Source of the DNA: Malacoraja senta
Taxonomy: Eukaryota
NCBI GenBank assembly: GCA_038087875.1
Contig: CM075991.1
Location: forward strand, 6,014,001 to 6,078,000
Direction of reading: 5' to 3'
DNA length: 64,000 nt
Shown: in pieces, positions 1-13,100 of the stretch
Layout: every line of letters begins with the position of its first letter
How positions within the stretch are numbered: the first letter of the stretch is position 1
Program-made: the position numbers and the translations under genes
The notes under the pieces: model-generated
Told to the model about the DNA's origin: nothing
Seen by the model: the letters and a program-made list of their open reading frames with translations, nothing else
The model's database searches: none

Positions 1-607
1 AACACCAGTGCCCCGCCACCCCCTCGGGTCACTCCACTACCTGACGGGACATTGACCACCCGCTGTCTTTGTCACCAACAGGTAGGGGCACATGCTTTGA
101 CCTAAACGACGGAACATATCATCAATTCGGAGAAGGTTGGTTTAGTACCAACTGCTGGGAGTGCGTGTGTGCGCGCGGGGGCTATAATTGCTGCGAACGG
201 TAAGTAATCATCCGCCGTTTAGCTCACAGAATCTGACCTCGACGGCTGAACTGGCGTCGCAGGGCTCAAGGGGGTATCGCCGATGCCGTGGTTTGAACCG
301 TGTAACTGGCGATGGGTTGGGAATTGACGGCAACAGTAGACGGAACGGCCAGGCCATCGGCTCTCTCCATGTCTGTACCAAACCTGATACACGGGGAAAT
401 TCGCCCGGGATCTGGTTCTGTGTGGTGATCGGCGGGGAAGGCTTGGCGGAGGGAGGGAGTGAGGGAGAGAGGGGGGGGGAGGGAAGGGGTTGCATGAAGG
501 ACTTCAAAGTGCAGTCGAAGCAAATCACAGGGTCACGCAGCACTGACACGGGGCCTTCATTGCACTGGGTCACGCCGCATCTCCGGAGAACATGGATAAG
601 TGACTTC

Positions 608-1550
608 TCAGGCTCGGTGCTGGAACCGCAGCTATTTACAATATACATTGATGATTTAGATGAGGGGTTTGGTGGAAACATTAGCAAATTTGCGGATGAC
701 ACAAAGCTGTGTGCCAGTGTGATCTGTGACGAGGATGCTCTGATGATGCAGGGTGACTTGCAGGTTGGGTGAGTGGGCAGATGCATGGCAGATGCAGTTT
801 AATGTGGATAAATGTGAGCTTATCCACTTTGCTGGCATAAAAACGGGAAGGCAAATTATTATCTGAATGGTGTCATGTTAGGAAAAGGGTAAGTACAACG
901 AGATCTGGGTGTCCTTGTTCATCAGTTCACCAGTCACTGAAGGTAAGCATGCAGGTACCGCAGGCAGTGAAAAAAGCTAATGGCATGTTGGCCTTCATAA
1001 CAAGAGGAGTTGAGTATAGGAGCAAAGAAGTCCTTCAACAGTTGTACAGGGCCTTAATGAGACAATATCGTGTGCAATTTTGGTCTCCAAGTCTGAGGAA
1101 GGACACTCTTGCTACCGAGGGAGTGCAGCGTAGGTTCATGAGCTTAATTCCCGGGATGGCTGGACTGTCATATATTGAAAGAATGGAGCGACTGGACTTG
1201 TATACACTGGAATTTAGAAGGATGAGAGGGCATCGTAATGAAACATGGAAGATTATTAAGGGATTGGACACTCCAGAGGCACGTTCCCGATGTTGGAGGA
1301 GTCCAGAACCAGGGGCCACAGTTTAAGATTATGGGGTAGACAATTTAGAACGGAGATGAGGAACAGCTTTTTCGTCCAGAGAGTTGTGAATCTGTGGAAT
1401 TCTCTGCCTCAGATGGCAGTGGAGGCCAATTCACTGGATGCTTTCAAGAGAGAGTTAGATAGAGCTCTTAACGATAGTGGAGTCAAGGCAGGTGCTGGCT
1501 CGAGGGGCAGAATGGCCTACTCCTGCATCTATTGTCTATTGTGTATTGTC
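608..1550 (+). mobile_element. 5'-truncated, decayed CR1-type LINE (RT C-terminus plus 3' UTR) in intron 3 of copy A
   Basis: Frameshifted GSVLEPQLFTIYIDDLD..SKFADDTK and VKKANGML..RGVEYRSKE..EFRRMRG motifs; (CTATTGT)-like tail. Confidence 0.9.
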
Positions 1551-1809
1551 CGAGTGACCGCATCTCCGGCCGCTCCCAGGCTGGGTCCACTGACTGCGAT
1601 CGACTCGAACACTCCAGAGCTGCTACCTGGCCCGCTGAGTTGCTTCAGTACTTTGTGTCCTTTTTTTAAATTCTTCAGACGCCTGAACTCTGGGGACAAA
1701 CTGCATTGGCAAATTCATCACCAATGTGCGGTCCTGGCACTTGGATGGAACGTACGTTGTAGCGGGTTAACAATTGCTAACCTCCACGCGAGGTTAGGAT
1801 TATTCTGCA

Positions 1810-1948
<139 letters not shown>

Positions 1949-2934
1949 TGGTGTTCACCGCGCTACCTCAGACCATGCATTATTCCTGCATCATTCTACC
2001 CGCATTGTCGTTGGACTTAGATATTATTCTCCACGGCTCGAGTTAAGTAAAAGTTCCTCCCGATCCGCAACTCTCTGGGATGTGGGAGGAAAGTTCAGCA
2101 TCCACGAAAATAACCCATGCAGTCACAGGGAGAACGTACAAACTCAACACACACAGAAGCCGAGGTCAGGGTCGAACCCACGTCTCTGGGGCTGAGACAT
2201 ATGTTCTGAATTGTTCATCATTGCTTCCATGATTTATTCCCCATGTATTTTATGCCACTTGGTGTCCCGGAAGATTGTGTGATAACTTTCGATATTCATA
2301 CTTGTTCGTTTCAAGTCAGTTTGAATAATGACCGGTCATTTCGAATGTGCAATAGATGGAGCTATTGGGAAATGAGCTGGAATAAACAGGCAGCTCCCTT
2401 TCAACGTGGAGGGATTCATCAATGGGATACAGGAGCCTTGACTCTTGAATATAATGTAACGACTCTTGCATCACAAATAAACATATACGAAACCTATTCT
2501 GCCGTCATCTTCTACTGGACATCGCTCGACTGCCTCTCGCTGCTCACCTGTCAGAGTTCTGTAGGCTGACCAACGTGCCCCATCAACGCTAGTCCCATCT
2601 GCCTGTAATAGCCCATATCCCGCTAAATCTTTAGAAACCATGGGCACGTCCAAATGTCATGTTATACCAGTTACTGATTGCCTGTACAGGGTTTTCAGAA
2701 ATGCACTGTCGTGGATTAAATATTTGTATCACATTGTCGTGGATTAAATATTTGTATCACATTAACAATGGAGATATTTTCCAGGCTGTAATGGTGTGAG
2801 GTAGTGAGTGCATTGTCCCAAGTTATACGTAAAAGCTCCAGTAACTCAATGGGACAGACAGCATCTCTGGAGAGAAGGAATGCGTGACGTTTCGGCTCGA
2901 GACCCTTCTTCAGACCCAAAACGTCACCCATTGT

Positions 2935-3530
2935 GCAAAGGGATCTGGGGTCCTTGTTCATCAGTCTATGAAAGTAAGCATACAGGTACAGCAGGCAGTG
3001 AAGAAAGCGAATGCCATGTTGGCGTTCATAACAAGAGGAGTCGAATATAGGAGCAAAGAGGTCCTTCTGCAGTTGTACAGGGCCCTAGTGAGACCACACC
3101 TGGAGTATTGTGTGCAGTTTTGGTCCCCTATTTTGAGGTAGGACATTCTTGCTATTGAGGGAGTGCAGCGTAGGTTTACAAAGTTAATTCCCGGGATGGC
3201 GGGACTGTCATATGCTGAGAGAATGGAGCGGCTGAGCTTGTACACTCTTGCGTTTAGAAGGATGAGAGGGGACCTTATTGAAACATATAAGATTGTTAAG
3301 GGTTTGGACACGCTAGAGGCAGGAATTCAGAGGGCGGTGGAGGCCGGTTCTCTGGATACTTTCAAGAGAGAGCTATATAGGGCTCTTAAGGATAGCGGAG
3401 TCAGTGGATATGGGGAGAGGGCAGGAACTGGGTCCTGATTGGGGATGATCAGCCATGATCACATTGAATGGCGGTGCTGGCTCCAAGGGCCGAATGGCCT
3501 ACTCCTGCACCTATTGTCTATTGTCTATTG
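2935..3530 (+). mobile_element. CR1 3' fragment; duplicated copy at 7762-8150
   Basis: ALVRPHLEYCVQFWSP and QRRFTKLIPGMAGLSYAERMERL motifs; same 3' UTR and tail as other CR1 copies. Confidence 0.85.
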
Positions 3531-5477
3531 ATAAAGAATATTTATTCCCCGGCAGTGCACTTCTCTTAATATACAATGCACCGTCCTTATTGTGTATCAG
3601 CCTTTTACGTGGAATTTAGTCACGTGCCTTCTGACAATCGCAACCGAAGGATGATAATAACAGAATTAGAGCCAACTATTTAAAGCTGAGGTGTCTAGAA
3701 CTATTCTTGTAGGGAGCGACGAATCTCTCCATTTCACCACCTCGAGGATGATGGAATTCAGATCATTTGAGCTATTTAAAGAGGAAGTATATACATTGTT
3801 TGAAGATTGCGGAATTAAATTATCTCGGGATCTGGCCCAGAGGACGAAATGTTGTCTGGAGCAAATTAACGCCGATGGTATTGAGCAAGCTTGTGTGTCT
3901 AGTTGGCTACACTTGCTCCAATTTTGAAAGGTCACGATTGTAAAATTAGAAACTATTAGGAAGAGCAGAGATATATGAAGGGGCAAAATTACAGAATACA
4001 GCCATTGTGGGCCGAAAGCCTGTTCCTGTGTGGTATTGGTTGATATTCGATGAACAAACACGCCACATTGGGAGAGATGCTCGTGAGTCTCCGTCTCGCC
4101 CGAGAAGAGCTGTTTAGGACCGTGAACGGTGATGAGGGAGGAGGTGCAGTTTCAGGTTTTGTACTCTCTAAGTTTGTAGTGACGTGCCAAGGATCATATG
4201 GGGAGGGTGGGATTAGATGGGCAGTCTACTGATAAAATCTTAAGGTAGATAGGATGTATACACAGAGGATTTTACCCAAAGTAGGGATTTCAAGGAGCTG
4301 AGGGCAAAGGTTTAAGTCGAGAATCTAATAGGAATCTGAGTGATAACCTCATCAAAAAGAGGGCGATGGGTATATGGAACGTGCTACCAGAGGAGGTAGA
4401 TGATTCACGTACGACAACGCTATTTTTAAGACAAAAAGGAGACAGAGTGCTGGAGTAACTCGATTGGTCCGAAAGGACCTCTTGACAACATGGATAGGGA
4501 AAAAATTTCAGCAGGTTCTCGATCGGATGGGTACGTAGGCTGAGGAATGTTTGGTGGAAATTAATGGAATTTATTAAGAGATTGAGCAGGCTGAGAGTCT
4601 ATTCCTTGTGGCGCAAGAGGATGAGGTGTGATCTTAGATGTATAAAATCATGAGAGGAGTTGATCGGATAGACGCACGGATTATCTTGCCCAGAGTAGGG
4701 GAATGGAGAACCAGAGGACATAGGTTTAAGGTGAAGGCGGAAAGATTTAACAGGAACCTAAGGGGTAACGTTTTCACCCAAAGCGCGATTGGTGTATGGA
4801 ACAGGCTGCCAGAGGAGGTATTTGAGGTGCGGACTATTCCAACGCATAAGAAATAATTAGAGAGGCACATGGATATGGGCCAAACACAGGCAGATGGGAA
4901 TAGTTTAGATGTGACTTGTCGGTCGGTGTGGGCAAGTTAGGTCGAAGAGCCTGTTTTTGCGCTGTGTGATTGTATGACGCTATGACTATACGTGACGATT
5001 CAGGTCGGGGCACTTCTTCAGACTGATTGTAATGGTGGGTATTGTGTGATACTGGGAGAGGGGAGGGGCAGAACAAAGCGCAGCTTGTAGCAGCAGCAAT
5101 TACAGATGGACAGTGAGAGATGAGAGGTGTTCGCACAATAGCATTAAAGACATTTGGACGGGTCCATGGATAGAAAAGGTTTAGACAGACTTGGGCTAAA
5201 CACTTGCAGGTGGGACTGCGTAGATAGGGCATTTTGAGGCTTGCTCAGCTTCGGTGCTTTATGGCTTTAAGGATGATATGCTGGTTGCGGAGACCAGTGA
5301 AGTGGAAGGTTGGGCCAGCGAAACTCCACCTCCTTTCTGAATGAATAGGACACAGGCAGCGTAAGCGAAGGTTGGAAAGCAGATTCTCGAGTGCGGAGAA
5401 TGAAGTCTGCAGGCGGTGGCAGCGGGACAGAGGCTGTCCGCTCATTCACTAGGGCGAAGCGGTCTGGTTCGGAGATC

Positions 5478-6801
5478 ATGGTACGTACGGGTCAGCTTTG
5501 TGCACCTGACTGTTGCTTGGCTTTCAATAAACAACCCAACGCGGCTTTGAGTCGCTGCACAGCCGCCTTCCGAGGTGACAGTGACAGAGATATGTTGCAG
5601 TGTTAGTTACTTGACCACGTCGCCTGTCAAGGTCTCTCTCTTTGCCTTTCTCTCCGCAGAAAAACCTACTGCGCATCGCTCTGCTGCTTCTCGGGGCTCA
5701 GCTGTCGGAATCCGCCTGCTTCTTTCAGCCACAGCACACAGACGGTAATCTAACGATGTGAATATCTCTTTCGAATCCAACATGAGATTCGGCCGACAGC
5801 AGGGACTGAGCAGGAACATTATACCCATGGATGCGCTACGCGAAAGCTGGTCACCCTTGGCTCGCTTCTGAAGCTAGTGCAGGTTGATGCCCCGACCAAT
5901 CCCCAGCTTAAGGGGTGCTCTGCAGAAAAGGAATACATGACTGTTCGGGTCGAGACCCTTCTTCAGACCTGATCCCCTAAACCACTGAGTCACTCCACCA
6001 TTTTGTGGCAATCTTCAGTGTCAACAGGTATCTGCAGTTTCTTCCGACACAATTATTGAGCGAGCTACTAGAATGAGCTGCCCCTTGATTTATGGCTCCG
6101 CTTCAGTCCCACCATCCTCATTTGTGTGCACCCAGTGCGGAGGGAAGTGGGTAGATCAGCGGAGGATCTGGTTGGTTTGCCACTGGGCCTGGCCACGGCT
6201 CACGGCGCCAGGCAGACGAGGACCCCACCAAGGCCGACTGACTGCACCTTTGGCGAGCTTAGGTCCGCGACTAGATGTCCCGTGAAAAAGAAAAAAAATA
6301 ATGTCCACTAGCACCAGGGAGGCGTTCCAGGAATGATGGGCGCCTCAAGGGACTAACTGTCTCCTGGTTCAGGAATGTAACATAGTAATTTAATAGTAGG
6401 TTGTGATCTATTGACAGCGATGTTATGGCGGTGGGTGTTTATGGGTGAGCGCTGGGTGTTGGGTCGGGTGCTGTTGTCGGAACCCGGGTGAAACGGAAAC
6501 GTGCAGCCAAGTGCCAGGTCCGGGTCAGTGCACACGTGGACAGACGTTGGCACTTCCCAATGGTCATAATGGCTCATTTCCAGTGTGCGTTGGTACTGAG
6601 TCAACACCACTGCCGCGCCACACCCTCGGGTCACTCCATTCCTTGACGGGACATTGACCACCCGCTGTCTTTGTCACCAACAGATAAGGGCACATGCTTT
6701 GACCTAAACGACGGAACGTCTCATCAATTCGGAGAAGATTGGCTGAGCTCCAACTGCTGGCTGTGCGTGTGTGAGCGCGGAGGCTATAAATGCTGCGAAC
6801 G
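5478..6801 (+). CDS. MSMB-like: MSMB-like copy B: exon 1 ATG 5478-5480, exon 2 5660-5744, exon 3 6684-6801; exon 4 not assembled
   Basis: ATG|gtacgt, then cag|KNLLRIALLLLGAQLSESACFFQPQHTD|gtaatc, then cag|DKGTCFDLNDGTSHQFGEDWLSSNCWLCVCERGGYKCCER|gtaagt. All GT-AG, intron phases 0, 1, 2. Confidence 0.8.
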
Positions 6802-7175
6802 GTAAGTAATCATCCGCCGTTTAGCTCACAGGATCTGACCCCGACGGCTGAACTGGCGTCGCAGGGCTCAAGGGGGTATCGCCGATGCCGTGGTGTGAAC
6901 CGATGGGTTGGGAATTGACCGCAACAGTAGACGGAACGGCCCGGCCACCGGCTCTCTCCATCTCTGTACCAAACCCGATACACGGGGAAACTTCGCCCGG
7001 GATATGGTTCCGTGTGGGGATTGGTAGGGAAGGCTTGGCGGAGGGAGGGCGGGGGGGGGGGGTGGGGGGACGGGGGGAGTGGAGGGAGTGGAGGGAATAA
7101 GGGAGTGAGGGAGTGAGGGGGAGAATGAGGGAAGGGGTTGGACTTCCATGTGCAGTTGAAGAAACCATAGAATCA

Positions 7176-7179
<4 letters not shown>

Positions 7180-7271
<92 letters not shown>

Positions 7272-7441
7272 TCACTGCGTTAACTCGGGGAATAAGGGAG
7301 TGAGGGAGTGAGGGGGAGAAGGAGGGAAGGGGTTGGACTTCCAGGTGCAGTTGAAGCAAACCATAGAATCACACAGGAGAGAGAGAGAGAGTGGGAGAGA
7401 GAGAGAGAGGGAGGGAGGGAGGGAGGGAGGGAGAGAGAGAG

Positions 7442-7509
<68 letters not shown>

Positions 7510-7518
7510 TAGATAGAC

Positions 7519-7549
<31 letters not shown>

Positions 7550-7561
7550 GAGATAGATAGA
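7180..7561. repeat. (GA)n and (GATA)n microsatellites with a local ~240-bp tandem duplication
   Basis: Read directly; about 7093-7270 is repeated at about 7288-7500. Confidence 0.85.
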
Positions 7562-7761
7562 NNNNNNNNNNNNNNNNNNNNNNNNNNNNNNNNNNNNNNN
7601 NNNNNNNNNNNNNNNNNNNNNNNNNNNNNNNNNNNNNNNNNNNNNNNNNNNNNNNNNNNNNNNNNNNNNNNNNNNNNNNNNNNNNNNNNNNNNNNNNNNN
7701 NNNNNNNNNNNNNNNNNNNNNNNNNNNNNNNNNNNNNNNNNNNNNNNNNNNNNNNNNNNNN
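7562..7761. other. Assembly gap (200 N)
   Basis: N run adjacent to a microsatellite. Confidence 1.
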
Positions 7762-10109
7762 ACATTCTTGCTATTGAGGGAGTGCAGCGTAGGTTTACAA
7801 GGTTAATTCCCGGGATGGTGGGACTGTCATATGCTGAGAGAATGGAGCGGCTGAGCTTGTACACTCTTGCGTTTAGAAGGATGAGAGGGCACCTTATTGA
7901 AACATATAAGATTGTTAAGGGTTTGGACACGCTAGAGGCAGGAATTCAGAGGGCGGTGGAGGCCGGTTCTCTGGATACTTTCAAGAGAGAGCTAGATAGG
8001 GCTCTTAAGGATAGCGGAGTCAGTGGATATGGGGAGAGGGCAGGAACTGGGTACTGATTGGGGATGATCAGCCATGATCACATTGAATGGCGGTGCTGGC
8101 TCCAAGGGCCGAATGGCCTACTCCTGCACCTGTTGTCTATTGTCTATTGATAGAGAATATTTATTCCACGGCAGTGCACTTCTCTTAATATACAATGCAC
8201 CGTCCTTATTGTGTATCAGCCTTTTACGTGGAATTTAGTCACGTGACTTCTGACAATCGCAACCGAATGATGATAATAACAGAATTAGAGCCAACTATTT
8301 AAAGCTGAGGTGTCTAGAACTATTCTTGTAGGGAGCGACGAATCTCTCCATTTCACTACCTCGAGGATGATGGAATTCAGATCATTTGAGCTATTTAAAG
8401 AGGAAGTATATACATTGTTTGAAAGATTGCGGAATTAAATTATCTCGGGATCTGGCCCAGAGGACGAAATGTTGTCTGGAGCAAATTAACGCCGACGGTA
8501 TTGAGCAAGCTTGTGTGTCTAGTTGGCTACACTCGCTCCAATTTTGAAAGGTCACGATTGTAAAATTAGAAACTATTAGGATGAGCAGAGGTGTATGAAG
8601 GGGCAAAATTACTGAATACAGCCATTGTGGGCCGAAAGCCTGTTCCTGTGTGGTATTGGTTGATATTCGATGAACAAACACGACACATTGGGAGAGATGC
8701 ACGTGACTCTCCGTTTCGCCCGAGAAGAGCTGTTTAGGACCGTGAACGGTGATGAGGGAGGAGGTGCAGTTTCAAATTTTGTACTCTCTAGGTTTGTAGT
8801 GGCAAGTGCCAAGGATCATATGGGGAGGGTGGGATTAGATGGGCAGACTACTGATAAAATCTTAAGGGAGGTATATGGGATGTATACACACAGGATTTTA
8901 CGCGAAGTAGGGATTTCAAGGATCTGAGGGCAAAGGTTTAAGTCGAGAATCTAATAGGAATCTGAGTGATAACCTCTTCAAAAAGAGCGCGATTGGTATA
9001 TGGAACGTGCTACCAGAGGAGGTAGATGATGCACGTACTACAACGCTATTTTTAAGACAAAAGGGAGACAGAGTGCTGGATTAACTCGATTGGTCCGGAA
9101 GCATCTCTTGACAACATGGATAGGGAAAAATTGCAGCAGGGTCTCGATCGGATGGGTACGTAAGCTGAGGAATGTTTGGTGGAAATTAATGGAATTTATT
9201 AGGAGAGATTGAGCAGGCTGGGAGTCTATTCCTTGTGGCGCAAGAGGATGAGGGGGTGATCCTAGATGTATAAGATCATGGGAGGAATTGATCGGATAGA
9301 TGCACGGATTCTCTTGCCCAGAGGAGGGGAATGGAGAACCAGAGGACATAGGTTTAAGGTGAAGGCGGAAAGATTGAACAGGAACCTAAGAGGTAACGTT
9401 TTCACCCAAAGGGCGATTGGTGTATGGAACAGGCTGCCAGAGGAGGTATCTGAGGTGCGGACTATTCCAACGCATCAGAAATCATTAGAGAGGCACGTGG
9501 ATATGGGCCAAAAACAGGCAGATGGGAATAGTTTAGAAGTGAGTTGTCCGTCGGTGTGGGCAAGTTAGGTCGAAGAGCCTGTTTTTGCGCTGTGTGATTG
9601 TATGACGCTATGACTATACGTGACGATTCAGGTCGGGGCACTTCTTCAGACTGATTGTAATGGTGGGTATTGTGTGATACTGGGAGAGGGGAGGGGCAGA
9701 ACAAAGCGCAGCTTGTAGCAGCAGCAATTACAGATGGCCAGTGAGAGATGAGAGGTGTTCGCACAATTGCATTAAAGACATTTGGACGGGTCCATGGATA
9801 GAAAAGATTTAGACGGACTTGGGCTAAACACTTGCAGGTGGGACTAGCGTAGATAGGGCAATTTTTTGAGGCATGCTCAGCTTCGGTGCTTTATGACTTT
9901 AAGGATGATATGCTGGTTGCGGAGACCAGTGAAGTGGGAGGTTGGGCCAGCGAAACTCCACCTCCTTTTTGAATGGATAGGACACAGGCAGCGTAAGCGA
10001 AGGTTGGAAAGCAGATTCTCGAGTGCGGAGAATGAAGTCTGCAGGCGGTGGCATCGGGACAGAGGCTGTCCGGTCATTCACTAGGGCGAAGCGGTCTGGT
10101 TCGGAGATC

Positions 10110-13100
10110 ATGGTACGTACGGATCAGCTTTGTGCACCTGACTGTTTCTTGGTTTTCAACAAACAACGCAACGCGGCTTTGAGTCGCTGCACAGCCGCTT
10201 TCCGAGGTGACAGTGACAGAGATATGTTGCAGTGTTAGTTACTTGAACACGTCGCCTGTCAAGGTCTCTCTCTTTCCCTTTCTCTCCGCATAAACATCTA
10301 CTGTGCATCGCTCTGCTGCTTCTCGGGGCTCAGCTGTCGGAATCCGCCTGCTTCTTTCAGACACAGCACACAGACGGTAATCTATCGATGTGAATCCCTC
10401 TCTCGACTCCAACAGTGAGACTCGGCCGCCAGCAGACATTGAGCAGGGACATTATATCCATTGTGCTACGCGAAAGCTGGTCACCCTTGCCTCCCCGACT
10501 GCTCGTCGGTCGGGCAGGATACTGAGGGCAGTGCAGGTTGATGCCCCGACCAATCCCCAGCTTAAGGGGTACTCCTCTGCCGCACTTCAGCTGAAGCACC
10601 ATACCTACTCCACGGATGGAGTGAAGGATCTCCTCAGAATTATGTGAAGCTGCCCCCCTAAACACTGGCCAATATTTGACCCTCAACTGCTGTTGATAGA
10701 ACTGGTAATCGCAGGCTAATCACTGGGCTGTGTGGGGTATATTCGAGATCCCAGTGGGTCAGAGTTCACACTGTAACCAGGGGCAAAGTCGAATCCTTCG
10801 TGATAGACACAAAATCCTGGTTTAACTCAGCGGTTCAGGCAGCATCTCTGCAGAAAAGGAATAGATGACGGTTCGGGTCAAGACCCTTCTTCAGACCTGA
10901 TCCGCTGACTCGCAGAGTCAGTCCACCATTTTGTGTCAATCTTCAGTGTAAACCGGAATCTGCAGTTTCTTCCGACACAATTATGGAGCGAGCTGCTTGA
11001 ATGAGCTGTCCCTTGATTTATGGCTCTGCTCCAGTCCCACCATGCTAATCTTTGTGCACCCAGTGCGGAGGGAGTGGGTAGATCAGCGGAGGATCTGGAT
11101 GGTTTGTTACTAGGCCTGGCCACGGCTCACGGCGCCAGGCAGACGAGGACTCGACCAGAGCCGACTGACTGCACCTTTGGCGAGCTTAGGTCCGCGACTA
11201 GATGTCCCTTGGAAAAGATAAAAAACAATGTCCACTAGCACCAGGGAGACGTTCCAGAAATGATGGGCGCCTCGAGGGACTGACTGTCTCCTGGTTCAGG
11301 ATTGCAACATAGTAATTTAATAGTAGGTTGTGATCTTTTGACAGTGATGTTATGGCGGTGGGTGCTTTGGTATAATTCCATGCATAAATACTTCTGTAAA
11401 TAGCTGAATACGTTTCTTTTAATTTAAATATATATGGAGTGAGCGCTGGGTGTTGGGTCTGGCGCTGTTGTCGGAACCTGGGTGAAACGGGACCGTGCAG
11501 CCAAGTGCCAGCTCCGGGTCAGTACACGCGGGGACAGACGCTGGCTCTTCCCAATGGTCAGAATGGCTCATTTCCAGGGTGCGTTTGTACTGAGTCAACA
11601 CCAGTGCCCCGCCACCCGGTCGGGTCACTCCACTACCTGACGGGATAATGCCCACCCGGTGTCTTTGTCACCAACAGACAGGGGCACATGCTTTGACCTA
11701 AACGACGGAACGTATCATCAATTCGGAGAAGATTGGCTGAGCTCCAACTGCTGGTTTTGCGTGTGTGCGCGCGAAGGCTATAAATGCTGCGAACGGTAAG
11801 TAATCATCCGCCGTTTAGCTCACAGGATCTGACCCCGACTGCTGAACTGGCGTCGCAGGCTCAAGGGGTATAGCCGATGCCGTGGTGTAAGCCGTATGAC
11901 TGGCGATGGGTTGGGAATTGACGGCAACGGTAGACGGAACGGCCCGGCCATCGGCTTTCTCCATCCCTGTACCAAACCCGATTCACGGGGAAGCTACGCC
12001 CGGGATTGTCATGTACATCAATGATCTGGATGATGGTGTGGAAAATTGGATTAGTAAGTATGCAGATGATACTAAGATAGGTGGTGTTGTGGATTATGAA
12101 GTAGATTTTCAAAGTCTACAGAGAGATTTAGGCCATTTGGAAGAGTGGGCTGAAAGATGGCGGATGGAGTTTAATTCTAACAAATGTGAGGTGCTACATC
12201 TCGGCAGGACAAACCAAAATAGGACGTACACGGTAAATGGTAGCGAATTGAGGAATGCAGTTGAACAGAGGGATCTAGGAATAACTGTGCATAGTTCCCT
12301 GAAGGTGGAATCTCATGTAGATAGGGTGGTAAAGAAAGCTTTTGGTGTGCTGGCCTTTATAAATCAGAGCATTGAATATAGAAGTTGGGATGTAATGTTA
12401 AAATTGTACAAGGCATTGGTGAGGCCAATTCTGGAGTATGGAGTACAATTTTGGTCGCCTAATTATAGGAAGGATGTCAACAAAATAGAGAGAGTACAGA
12501 GGAGATTTATTAGAATGTTGCCTGGATTTCAGCAACTAAGTTACAGAGAAAGGTTGAACAAGTTAGGTCTTTATTCTTTGGAGCGCAGAAGGTTAAGAGG
12601 GGACTTGATAGAGGTCTTTAAAATTATGAGCGGGTTAGACAGAGTGGACGTGGATAAGCTTTTCCCATTGAGAGTAGGGAAGATTCAAACAAGGGGACAT
12701 GACTTGAGAATTAAGGGACAGAAGTTTAGGGGGAACATTAGGGGGAACTTCTTTACTCAGAGAGTGGTAGCTGTGTGGAATGAGCTTCCAGTGGAAGTGG
12801 TGGAGGCAGGTTCGATGTTATCCTTTAAAACTAGATTGGATGGGTATATGGACGGAAAAGGAATGGAGGGTTATGGTCTGAGTGCAGGTAGATGGGACTA
12901 GGGGGAAGTATTTATTTTTAATTTAAAAAAAAGATTTAAATGTTCTGCACGGACTTGAACGGCCGAGATGGCCTGTTTCCGTGCTGTTATGGTTATATGG
13001 TTATATGGTTATATGGGATCTGCTTTTGTGGGGATCAGTAGGGAAGGCTTGGCGGAGGGAGGGAATAAGGGAGTGAGGGAGTGAGGGAGGGAGGGGGAGA

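Larger units (their letters stand above)
3142..11990 (+). repeat. Tandem gene-unit duplication: about 3142-7000 (copy B unit) is paralogous to about 7762-11990 (copy C unit)
   Basis: Colinear, highly similar sequence at an initial offset of about 4.62 kb (e.g. ORFs 3163 vs 7782, 5391 vs 10023). Confidence 0.9.

Noticed and set aside
7280..7930. 216-aa ORF
   Set aside because: It runs through the N gap and microsatellites.
11906..12901. 331-aa ORF as a host-RT fusion gene
   Set aside because: The first ~34 codons are intron-3 sequence that happens to be in frame with a 5'-truncated CR1; the RT lacks its N-terminal motifs.
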